Program-made: the position numbers and the translations under genes | Source: an uncultured Nitrospirota bacterium | GTDB taxonomy: Bacteria > Nitrospirota > Nitrospiria > SBBL01 > Manganitrophaceae | NCBI GenBank assembly: GCA_964579005.1 | Contig: CAZOFJ010000005.1 | Location: 2,859 to 66,858 of the forward strand | Length of the DNA stretch: 64,000 nt | Reading direction: 5' to 3' | Part shown: positions 1 through 7,727 of the stretch, in pieces | Position numbering within the stretch: position 1 is the first letter of the stretch | How the letters are laid out: every line of letters starts with the position of its first letter | The notes under the pieces: generated by a model | Told to the model about the DNA's origin: nothing | Database searches by the model: none | What the model saw: the letters and a program-made list of their open reading frames with translations, nothing else

Positions 1-2139
1 ATCGGATTGAGCCTGGACGGGGTCGACACATTCGAGGCGGTGAAGATCAAGGAGATCAAGGGAAACACCGTGGTTCTCACCGAACCGGTCAAAAAGAGCC
101 ACAAGAAAGGGTCGATTGCCAGCACGGAGTTCGTCCGCTACCGGTGGTATCCCGATGTGGACCTCGGGCTGGTTTTCTGGCATGACCATGTCTTCGGTCT
201 CGACGGCTGGGGCCATGGATTATTTGCCTCCCTTATCGTTGAGCCAACCGGGTCGACCTATCATGACCCGGTGACCGGAAAAGAGGTCCGAAGCGGAACC
301 GTCGTCGACATTCACACCACCGACCCGGTCTCCGCCAAGGTCTCGGGAAGCTTCCGGGAAATCGTGATGCAAACGATGGATTCCAACCCGAGAACCGCCG
401 AGCTGATTACGGCCGACAACCCGATGGCGGGAAGACCTTCCGTCGATGGGACCCCATCGGCCGTCTATCCTTCACGGCTGAACAAGTCGGCGATGACCTA
501 CCTCAACGGTGGGGAAGCGACGACGGGTGGAGGGTTTGGATTGCGGGTGGAGCCCCTTTCGGTCCGGCTCGCCAACAACCCCGATCCTTCGCAACTTTTC
601 TCCAGCAAGGTCCACAAGGATCCCGAAACGCCGCTCGTCAAGGCGTATTTGGGGGATCCGATCGTCTTCAGGCACATCGGGTGCTGCAACGAGGTTCACA
701 CATGGCATGTCAGCGGCCACTGGTTCCCGATGGAGCGGTACAACGCTGATTCCCTGCCGCGTACCTCCTTCCACATTACCATCGGAGAGCGGCTGGATAT
801 GGTGATCCCGGCTGCCGGAGGCCCGCAGAAGATGGCGGGAGATTACCTCTACTACTCCGGACGGGCGTCTCATTTTTCCGGAGGGGCCTGGGGGCTGATC
901 CGTGTCATGGATAAAGCAGATAAGTCCCTTCAACCGCTTCCGTCGCGGGAAGAGATTCCTGCCTCGGCCAAAGAGCTCTGTCCTTCCGATGCCCCAGTGA
1001 AAAACTTCAGCGTGTCGGCGATTGATTACGCCATGAAGTTCAACAAAGGGGTTCCGGAAGCAATGGAGGTTGATCTGGGCCGAAAACTCTCACTTGGCAA
1101 CGGGAATGGTAAGGTCTACGTTCTCGATGACGAGGTCACCAAGGTCAAGGGAGGGATGCTGCAACCCAATCCGTTGACCCTCCGGGTGAATGTCGGCGAT
1201 TGCATCAAGATCAAGCTGACCAACCGGATGGCCAAGGAGCGGGCCGGGCTCCATGCCGATATGCTGGCATTCGATCCGAAAGACTCCTACGGGGTCAACG
1301 TCGGAAACAACCCCGGCGATCAGACGGTGGCTCCCGGGCAGAGCAAGAGCTACACCTTCTATGCCCATCCGGAGTATGGCGAGAATGGTGCCCTGATCCA
1401 AGACTGGGGGAACGTCGTCGACAATCCCAGAAACGGTCTCTATGGCGCCATCATCATCGGTCCCAAGGGGTCGAAGTATCGTGACCCTGCCACGGGCGAG
1501 GATATTTCGCTGAAGAACGCCTGGCAAGCCGATGTGATCGTTGACCGGACTGTTCCGGGGAACGAAAACAAGAAGAACTATCGGGACTTCGCCCTGATGT
1601 TCCAGGATGAAGACAACCTGATGGGGACCAGCTTCATGCCGTATGCCCAGAAGATCGGCGGGTTGACCGGGGTGAACTACCGGGCCTCCATGCCGATGGA
1701 CTTTGCGCTGGAAAACGGCTGCTCTGTCGGAACAATCTTTCAGTGTGTCTCGGAGAAGGGGGGTATTAATACCCCGATCATCGAGGCACACGCGGGAGAT
1801 TCGGTCCTGATGCATGTCTTCGGGGCCTTCAACGAGCAGGTCGCGGTCTTTGCCTTGGACGGACATGAGTGGGCGGTCGACAAATTCCGAGGAGCGCATC
1901 TCCACAGCTCCTTCGAGTTCGGCGGCAGCTCCTATCTCCGTGTTGATCTACGGGGAGGGGCCGGTGGACCTCATCAGCTTCCGGGAGACTATGTCTACAT
2001 GAACCATCGTCCGGCCTATACTGACGCCGGCCAATGGGGTCTCGTGCGGGTGCTGCCAAAGGGGGACAAGAAAATCTTGGCCCTGAACCCGGTCGATTCA
2101 GATATCCGGACCGTCTCCGTCGGCTCGAACGACCGGTAA
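1..2139 (+). CDS. Giant multicopper-oxidase (MCO)-like protein, C-terminal ~710 aa; 5' end outside window
   Basis: Frame 1 is open from base 1, so the TTG at 7 in the ORF track is only a formal start. It has His-rich copper-site-like motifs FWHDHVFGLDGWGHG and HTWHVSGH. It is colinear with, and roughly four-fifths identical by eye to, the last ~710 aa of the 14190..19016 product. TAA at 2137-2139 is followed by a hairpin terminator. Confidence 0.8.
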   Translation: MGLSLDGVDTFEAVKIKEIKGNTVVLTEPVKKSHKKGSIASTEFVRYRWYPDVDLGLVFWHDHVFGLDGWGHGLFASLIVEPTGSTYHDPVTGKEVRSGTVVDIHTTDPVSAKVSGSFREIVMQTMDSNPRTAELITADNPMAGRPSVDGTPSAVYPSRLNKSAMTYLNGGEATTGGGFGLRVEPLSVRLANNPDPSQLFSSKVHKDPETPLVKAYLGDPIVFRHIGCCNEVHTWHVSGHWFPMERYNADSLPRTSFHITIGERLDMVIPAAGGPQKMAGDYLYYSGRASHFSGGAWGLIRVMDKADKSLQPLPSREEIPASAKELCPSDAPVKNFSVSAIDYAMKFNKGVPEAMEVDLGRKLSLGNGNGKVYVLDDEVTKVKGGMLQPNPLTLRVNVGDCIKIKLTNRMAKERAGLHADMLAFDPKDSYGVNVGNNPGDQTVAPGQSKSYTFYAHPEYGENGALIQDWGNVVDNPRNGLYGAIIIGPKGSKYRDPATGEDISLKNAWQADVIVDRTVPGNENKKNYRDFALMFQDEDNLMGTSFMPYAQKIGGLTGVNYRASMPMDFALENGCSVGTIFQCVSEKGGINTPIIEAHAGDSVLMHVFGAFNEQVAVFALDGHEWAVDKFRGAHLHSSFEFGGSSYLRVDLRGGAGGPHQLPGDYVYMNHRPAYTDAGQWGLVRVLPKGDKKILALNPVDSDIRTVSVGSNDR

Positions 2140-2165
2140 GGTCGGAGGAGATGGACGGGAGTCCT

Positions 2166-2208
2166 AAAAAAACAAGGAGGGGCCTAAAAAACCCCTCCTT
2201 GTTTTTTG
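2166..2208 (+). terminator. Rho-independent terminator of the upstream MCO-like gene
   Basis: Stem ACAAGGAGGGG (2172-2182) / CCCCTCCTTGT (2192-2202), 9-nt loop, T-run. The same stem sequence recurs after the paralog at 19045-19075. Confidence 0.8.
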
Positions 2209-2274
2209 GACGATCGTCATCCGACTCGAGAAGAGGGGGTCATTTCCCAAATCTGATTGAAATGGGGTTTGAAG

Positions 2275-2832
2275 ATGGAGCAGAGTAAGAAAGATAAGAC
2301 GGTTGATGAAAAAAGGGGTCCGACGGAACTGTTAAAAGAGGAACACCAGACCACCCTTCTCAAACTCGACCTCATGGAACGTTCGCTCCACTATCTCTCC
2401 AAACCATCCGTAGAAACCGCTCTCGACCGGGTTGAGGTAGAGAAGCTCCTCCTAAAAGATCTGGCTGTTGCAATTGAAAAAGAGATTGCCCTTCACTTCC
2501 GAAAGGAGGAAGGGGCTCTCTTTCCGGTCCTTGCCGAATATATTGGGAAGGAACATGGAGCGATCGAAGCGATGCTCCATGAACATGAAAAAATCCTCAC
2601 CACCTTCTTCCATTGGAAAAAGACTCTTCCTCCTTTTTGCAGGAGCATCGAGCCGATTGACGAAGGTCTTCGAAAAGCGGTCATTGATCCTGGACTCAAG
2701 GTCATCGGCCTCCTCCGACAACATATCGGAAAGGAAGACGAAATTCTCTTTAAAATCTCCGAGGCCTCCTTGACGGAGAGAGAAAAAGGAGACCTCGCCG
2801 AAAAATTAAAAAGCATGGATAAAATGTCATAG
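2275..2832 (+). CDS. Hemerythrin / HHE cation-binding domain protein (185 aa)
   Basis: ATG at 2275 gives the N-terminus MEQ..., the same as the paralog at 21607. It shows the His/Glu ligand pattern typical of hemerythrin-like domains (EEHQ, HFRKEE, HEHEKI, HIGKEDE). An upstream TTG at 2257 is also possible. Confidence 0.75.
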   Translation: MEQSKKDKTVDEKRGPTELLKEEHQTTLLKLDLMERSLHYLSKPSVETALDRVEVEKLLLKDLAVAIEKEIALHFRKEEGALFPVLAEYIGKEHGAIEAMLHEHEKILTTFFHWKKTLPPFCRSIEPIDEGLRKAVIDPGLKVIGLLRQHIGKEDEILFKISEASLTEREKGDLAEKLKSMDKMS

Positions 2833-2942
2833 TTTTTCCTCTCACTTGCAGCCTCAACACTGTCTATCAGATGTCGATCGTTGACTGAGCCTTTGGATCA
2901 TCAGACACGCCTCGCCTCGGTAAAGCCCGAGGGCACTTCTCT

Positions 2943-2980
2943 ATAAAAAAAAGGAGTTAGCCGGTGTGCGCTAACTCCTT
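2943..2980 (-). terminator. Displaced original terminator of tRNA-Ala
   Basis: Read on the minus strand: 11-bp stem AAGGAGTTAGC/GCTAACTCCTT (2951-2961 / 2970-2980), 8-nt loop, then a T-run (plus-strand A-run 2945-2950). It starts 8 nt after the distal copy of the tRNA 3' end. Confidence 0.75.
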
Positions 2981-2988
2981 GATGATTT

Positions 2989-3033
2989 TGGTGGAGCTGA
3001 GGGGGATCGAACCCCTGACCCCAAGACTGCCAG
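2989..3033 (-). repeat. Distal att repeat: exact copy of the 3'-terminal 45 nt of tRNA-Ala
   Basis: TGGTGGAGCTGAGGGGGATCGAACCCCTGACCCCAAGACTGCCAG is identical to 11222..11266. Identity extends 3 more T residues (2986-2988 = 11219-11221). The sequences diverge immediately beyond 3033. Confidence 0.95.
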
Positions 3034-3146
3034 AATGTTGCTCTCGCCTACATTAATTCCTTCCTATTGCTTTTCTCTTGCATTATCAACTGTTTCACGA
3101 TACCTTAATTCTTGTGGATTACGACAAAGTACCCTCTATTTCTCCC

Positions 3147-3171
3147 TCTACTGCCTACACCATGCCTACAC
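3147..3171 (+). promoter_or_regulatory. Candidate integrase arm-type binding site (left copy)
   Basis: The 25-mer TCTACTGCCTACACCATGCCTACAC is identical to 11132..11156. It contains TGCCTACAC twice, 11 bp apart, and lies 37 nt upstream of the int ATG. Confidence 0.5.
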
Positions 3172-3207
3172 GGGGCGGACACAAGGCTATCCCAAGAAGG
3201 TATCACG

Positions 3208-4401
3208 ATGAATCTGACAAAGAGAATCATAGATCAAACGGCGTGTCCTGAGAGCGGTCAAATCTTCCTTCGGGACAAATCGCTCCCAGGTTTCGGGGTC
3301 CGACTGACAAAGGGGGCGAAGACGTTCATCCTCGAAAAACGAATCAACGGAAGAAATAAAAGGATGGTGATCGGCCCCTATGGTCCTTTGACCGTCGATG
3401 AAGCGAGAAAGAGAGCGGAGAAGCTGATCGGGCGGATTGCATCGGGAGAAGATCCGGCCGAGGAAAGATCCGAGAAGCGGAAAGAGGCGGCATTCAAAGA
3501 CCTGGCGGCGGCGTACCTGGACTATGCGCGGATTCACAACCAACCATCGGCGAAGAATTTTGAGTACGCCATCAACCGGCATCTTCTCCCCGCATGGGAG
3601 AACCGGAAGGTGACGGCGATCAGCAAGGCGGACGTGTCGGCGCTTCATTCCAGGATCGGGAAGGATCATCCTTACGGGGCAAATCGATTGCTGGCGCTGA
3701 TTGGCCGGATATTCTCCCTGGCGGTCGAGTGGGGATACACCCCGGAGGATCACCAGAATCCGGCGCGAGGGATTCAGAAATTCAAGGAGCAATCGCGCGA
3801 GCGATGGGTGACGGAATCGGAGCTTCCGAAACTTGCGGCGGCGATCAACAAAGATCCGAATCCGTTCGTCAAGGCGGCGCTCTGGTTATATCTTTTGACG
3901 GGATGTAGAAAGAATGAGTTGTTTTCTGCGAAGTGGGAGCAAGTCGATTTTGACCGAGCGGAATTAAGACTCCCGAAGACGAAGGCGGGGCGGTCGCACT
4001 ATATCCCCCTCTCCGAGCCCGCTATCCGAATCCTTCGGGCGCTCCCTCGATTCGAGAACAACCCCCATGCCTTCCCCGGCCGCTTTCCGGGCCGACCTCT
4101 GCAAGGGATACGGCGCCATTGGGACGCGGTGAAGAAAGAGGCGGGGCTCCCCGACGTTCACATTCACGACTTGCGGCGGACCCTGGGGTCATGGTTGGCA
4201 ACATCGGGCGAATCTTTGAACCTCATCGGGAAGATCCTCAATCACAGTACCCCGAGGGTGACGGCGATCTACTCCCGCTTATCGGAGAACAAGGTCAAGA
4301 CGGCTCTGGAAGATCATGGCCGGCGGCTGCTGGCGGCGGCAGAGGTAAAGGAAGATCCGGCTGAAAAAATGGTCGATGCGCTGTGGAGGGCGAAGCAATG
4401 A
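3208..4401 (+). CDS. int: Tyrosine recombinase / phage integrase (P4-like, with N-terminal arm-binding domain)
   Basis: The N-terminus LTKRIIDQ...FLRDKSLPGFGVRLTKGAKTFILEKRINGR is typical of the integrase arm-binding (DUF4102-type) domain. The C-terminal catalytic signature is HDLRRT...LNHSTPRVTAIYSR (R-H-R-Y type). GAAGG lies 7 nt before the ATG at 3208. The gene is adjacent to the att repeat. Confidence 0.9.
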   Translation: MNLTKRIIDQTACPESGQIFLRDKSLPGFGVRLTKGAKTFILEKRINGRNKRMVIGPYGPLTVDEARKRAEKLIGRIASGEDPAEERSEKRKEAAFKDLAAAYLDYARIHNQPSAKNFEYAINRHLLPAWENRKVTAISKADVSALHSRIGKDHPYGANRLLALIGRIFSLAVEWGYTPEDHQNPARGIQKFKEQSRERWVTESELPKLAAAINKDPNPFVKAALWLYLLTGCRKNELFSAKWEQVDFDRAELRLPKTKAGRSHYIPLSEPAIRILRALPRFENNPHAFPGRFPGRPLQGIRRHWDAVKKEAGLPDVHIHDLRRTLGSWLATSGESLNLIGKILNHSTPRVTAIYSRLSENKVKTALEDHGRRLLAAAEVKEDPAEKMVDALWRAKQ

Positions 4402-5090
4402 GCCGACCCAAGAAAGTGTCGTCCGCCGAGGAGTGGCGGCGAGCGGGGCTCCCGCCGGAAGTCCTATCTGAAGAGCTTGCGGCGGAAAAGCGCATCCGCA
4501 CATCTATTGAGGTGAAGAAGGCGGTTGAATCCCTGATCGATCGAGGGCTCCCAAGAGAGGGCGTCAATTCCATCATCAAAAACGCTCCGGGGATTATCTC
4601 AGATTTTAAGCTGCGGGTCGGCGGGGCTACTCTGGCGGAGCGGCGGAAGCGAGATAGGAAATTGGCGGCGCTCTTCCGGAGGGCAATCCCCCTATTAGAA
4701 TCCTATGGCGGCGGCGGTGAGGCTCACTTTCTCGTATTCATGTCCGCTATCGCAGAATCAGTAAAGCCGGATGATCCTACCCTCCCGCTCCCGTGGCCGT
4801 TGGCGAAGATGCTCAATCTCTATGTTTTCTGGCTCACCAATGCAGGGAGTTTCTCCCCGTATCAAAATATTCAGGCGGGGCGGCCTAGAAAAGCGAAGGG
4901 GCCAAGCGGGCTTACTATCTATGCCGTGCAGCGAATTCATTTCTCGCTGATCGAGCTCGGAAAGCGGGAAGGGATTCGGCGATCCCAGACCGGTTTCGGC
5001 GTTCCAAGCTATAATCAGGAGACGGCCGCTATCGTCTCCGCCCTTCTCTCCAAAAAAATCACTCCCAATTTCGTCTGCAAAAATTCTTAA
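4398..5090 (+). CDS. Hypothetical protein (230 aa), island-encoded
   Basis: Its ATG overlaps the int stop (ATGA at 4398-4401), suggesting translational coupling. No recognisable motif. Confidence 0.5.
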   Translation: MSRPKKVSSAEEWRRAGLPPEVLSEELAAEKRIRTSIEVKKAVESLIDRGLPREGVNSIIKNAPGIISDFKLRVGGATLAERRKRDRKLAALFRRAIPLLESYGGGGEAHFLVFMSAIAESVKPDDPTLPLPWPLAKMLNLYVFWLTNAGSFSPYQNIQAGRPRKAKGPSGLTIYAVQRIHFSLIELGKREGIRRSQTGFGVPSYNQETAAIVSALLSKKITPNFVCKNS

Positions 5091-5106
5091 TCTCCCTCCC
5101 CCTGCG

Positions 5107-5153
5107 GTGCCGATTCGATAATTAAAATATCATAATCGGCACGTTTTCTTTTT
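5107..5153 (+). terminator. Rho-independent terminator after the int operon
   Basis: Stem GTGCCGATT (5107-5115) / AATCGGCAC (5134-5142), followed by GTTTTCTTTTT. Confidence 0.6.
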
Positions 5154-5220
5154 GCTGACTCGTTTCGATGTAAAGTTGCTCCGTGATGCTCAAGCTTTCT
5201 TAATTTTCGCGGAGGTAGCT

Positions 5221-5415
5221 ATGAATCTCGTGAACGAAAACGGCGCAGGGAATTTCCTCAATGTTTCTGTTCGATCTCTTCAACAATGGCGCGTAAGAGG
5301 ATACGGCCCAAGGTTTATTAAAATCGGCAGACTGGTGCGGTATAGCTTGGATGATCTCCGGGACTGGGTTGAATCGCAGAGGCGGACCTCAACCTCAGAT
5401 CCTGGAAAGGGATAG
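5221..5415 (+). CDS. AlpA / excisionase-family helix-turn-helix protein (64 aa)
   Basis: GGAGG lies 5 nt before the ATG at 5221. The sequence FLNVSVRSLQQWRVRGYGPRFIKIGRLVRYSLDDLRDWV matches the MerR-like excisionase/AlpA HTH pattern. Confidence 0.7.
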   Translation: MNLVNENGAGNFLNVSVRSLQQWRVRGYGPRFIKIGRLVRYSLDDLRDWVESQRRTSTSDPGKG

Positions 5416-5422
5416 GTGACCG

Positions 5423-6835
5423 ATGGCGCGGCGCGGTAAAGACCCCATCGAGCAGCCTCCTCCTCATTCAATCGAGATCGAGCAGGCGTGTCTTGGTTCG
5501 ATCTTTCTGATGGAGGAGAGTCAGGTCCTCGACATTCTCCCAACGATCGATAACTCGCTATTTTATCGGCAATCTCATCGGATTCTGATTGAGGCGATCA
5601 AGGAACTGAGAAACGGTGACTATCTTCTCATTTGCTCTCACCTCCGCGAGAAAGGGCTGCTCGATCAGGCCGGCGGGGTCTCATACCTCGGTGAGATTTT
5701 AAATTCAACAACAACTTGGCGAAACATCCGCTTATACGTGAAGACGCTCCGCGAGTTGGAGGTGAAACGACGGATCGAGACCATCCTTTTATCGCGTCTT
5801 GACGAAAACCGCAACGGGACCCCGGCGGGGGATCTGATCCGGGATCTCTCCGGGGAACTGCAGGGGATCTCTGAGGAATCAAGGACCATTCCTCATCTTT
5901 CTCAATGCCTACTCACGCCAGAGATGTTGAAAACTATCAATATACCGAAACGGGAAGATATTATTGAGCGAGTTCTCCCCACGCAATCGCTTATGATGGT
6001 GAATGCCCAACGGGGTAAGGGTAAGACGTGGCTCGCGCTCGGGATAGCAAGAGCATGTGCGATTGGAGAAGGGACCTTCCTGGGATGGGCGATAAAGCGG
6101 AAAGCGAACGTGCTCTATATCGACGGAGAAATGCCCCTTTCCGATATGCGAGAGCGGATCAACCAACTCGAAATCCCTGGGAAAAATTTCCTCCTCCTCT
6201 CGGCCGAGTGGATGATCGTCAACGGAATTCAGCGGTGTTTGAATATCGCCGATCTGGAAGGGCAAGACGCGCTCGATAAAGTGATTGCGGACTTATCCCG
6301 GGGCGGATTTAGGCCCGACGTCCTGATTCTCGATAACCTCTCCGCTTTAATTCGTGGGATAAAGCAAAACGACAATGATGAATGGGACGGCATTAACGGA
6401 TGGTTTATCCGGAAGCGACATAATGGCCTTTCTGTAATCGTCCTCGACCATGCAGGGAAGGATGAGACGCGGGGGTCAAGGGGAGCCAGCCGGAAAGAAG
6501 ATGTCATGGACACGATCATTCAACTTTCGGAGGTGAAGGGCGCCGAACCGGATGAATGCCGATTCACGATCGAATTTACGAAGACCCGAGGCCGGAAACC
6601 TTCCCCGATGAAATTCGTTGCTTCGCTGAGGGGGGCAGACTTCACGACGGAGGAGATGGACACGAGCAAGCTTGACGAACTGGTTCGGCTGGTCAATGAG
6701 GGTGTGGAGCGGCAATCTTTTATTGCCCTCGAACTGAGGATCAGCCCGGCACATGTCTCAAGGCTCGCAAAGAAGGCCGTTGAGCAGGGGTTGATCCGAA
6801 GAATCGGGACTCGCTTGGAACCGACTCCGAAATGA
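5423..6835 (+). CDS. Replicative helicase-like protein: DnaB N-terminal domain + RepA/AAA_25-type ATPase + C-terminal HTH
   Basis: PPHSIEIEQACLGSIFL is the classic DnaB N-terminal start. Walker A is AQRGKGKTW and Walker B-like is VLILDNLSAL. The C-terminal stretch ISPAHVSRLAKKAVEQGLI is HTH-like. Confidence 0.75.
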   Translation: MARRGKDPIEQPPPHSIEIEQACLGSIFLMEESQVLDILPTIDNSLFYRQSHRILIEAIKELRNGDYLLICSHLREKGLLDQAGGVSYLGEILNSTTTWRNIRLYVKTLRELEVKRRIETILLSRLDENRNGTPAGDLIRDLSGELQGISEESRTIPHLSQCLLTPEMLKTINIPKREDIIERVLPTQSLMMVNAQRGKGKTWLALGIARACAIGEGTFLGWAIKRKANVLYIDGEMPLSDMRERINQLEIPGKNFLLLSAEWMIVNGIQRCLNIADLEGQDALDKVIADLSRGGFRPDVLILDNLSALIRGIKQNDNDEWDGINGWFIRKRHNGLSVIVLDHAGKDETRGSRGASRKEDVMDTIIQLSEVKGAEPDECRFTIEFTKTRGRKPSPMKFVASLRGADFTTEEMDTSKLDELVRLVNEGVERQSFIALELRISPAHVSRLAKKAVEQGLIRRIGTRLEPTPK

Positions 6836-6984
6836 AAGTTACCTGTTACCTCCCCATAGAGGGGGAGGAGGTAACTTTCAGGATGTTACCTGAGAAAGTT
6901 ACCTGGTAAGAGTAGGAAAATCAACAGTTTACAAGAAAAAGTTACCTGAAAGTTACGTTACATGGCATGGATGAAAAGTTACTC
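6835..6984 (+). repeat. Iteron cluster, candidate island replication origin
   Basis: AAAGTTACCTG occurs at 6835, 6895 and 6938. Shorter copies are GTTACCTG at 6885, AAAGTTACG at 6949 and AAAGTTAC at 6975. There is one inverted copy, GGTAACTTT, at 6870. The cluster starts at the last base of the helicase stop codon. Confidence 0.6.
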
Positions 6985-7169
6985 ACTGAAAACCATTAGG
7001 AAACCATCTTTCTCCACCTCGCGTCCTCCCCCCGGAAGAGTACCGGCGCGGGAAGGCGGAGCGGAGACGGAGGCAATTCGGGCAGAGGGAGGAAAAGAGA
7101 CATGGAGTTATCGAGAGGAGAGACTTTATACAACGGGGCGGCGGAGTTTTTAAAAAAGGAGAGGGAAAA

Positions 7170-7460
7170 ATGACAAAAAAAGAGTGGGACCCGATGTTTT
7201 TACCCCGCCTGGACGGGCCGTGTGAGGAGTGCCTTTCGACCCGGGCCGAAAGAAACAGCATGTGGATTCTGATTTACTGTGAGCATCGGCAGTCGGCGGC
7301 GTCAATGTTGGTCGGCCCGGATGGAAAGCTGATTCCAATGTGGCGGATCTTCACGCCGATCGGTCGGGAGGACTTCGAGGTCATCCGAGAGACGATGTTG
7401 CTGGAGTTGAAGCGATTAAAAACCACTCTGACCGGAAAAAAAGAACCGGATGAGAAATAA
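7170..7460 (+). CDS. Hypothetical protein (96 aa), island-encoded
   Basis: Strong SD AGGAGAGGG upstream of the ATG at 7170. No recognisable motif. Confidence 0.5.
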   Translation: MTKKEWDPMFLPRLDGPCEECLSTRAERNSMWILIYCEHRQSAASMLVGPDGKLIPMWRIFTPIGREDFEVIRETMLLELKRLKTTLTGKKEPDEK

Positions 7461-7465
7461 CCCCC

Positions 7466-7494
7466 TTGACCCCGGAAGACTTTCTAAGTATAAT
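7466..7494 (+). promoter_or_regulatory. Near-consensus sigma-70 promoter upstream of the capsid module
   Basis: TTGACC (7466-7471), 17-nt spacer, TATAAT (7489-7494). Confidence 0.6.
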
Positions 7495-7616
7495 TCGTTT
7501 CACAAGCGCAAGGAAAGCGCTCTTTCAACCTTCGATGGGGACATCGGGGGCACATATTTTCATTCCACTCTCTGCCGTCCGGGAACGGAGACGCGGGGGG
7601 TCAAGGAGTCGCGGAA

Positions 7617-7682
7617 GCGCCTCCGGGAAAGCATGACATTCCTTTTCGGGATTGTCCTGTCTTACCGGAGGCGCTTTTTTTT
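7617..7682 (+). terminator. Hairpin + T8 terminator inside the leader of the capsid gene
   Basis: GCGCCTCCGG (7617-7626) pairs with CCGGAGGCGC (7665-7674) and is followed by T8 (7675-7682). It lies about 120-180 nt downstream of the 7466 promoter and 45 nt upstream of the capsid ATG. Confidence 0.55.
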
Positions 7683-7727
7683 GGCCTTCGGCAAGCCGCA
7701 ATCATAAAATCATCATGAGGGAAGACT

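Noticed and set aside
3112-3207. TTG-initiated 32-codon N-terminal extension of the integrase.
   Set aside because: The extension covers the repeated 25-mer and has no homology logic. The ATG at 3208 has an SD and begins the canonical arm-binding domain.
7450-7707. 85-aa ORF between the 96-aa gene and the capsid gene.
   Set aside because: It has no SD and is Arg-rich. It spans a consensus promoter and a strong terminator, so it is better explained as a non-coding leader or sRNA.
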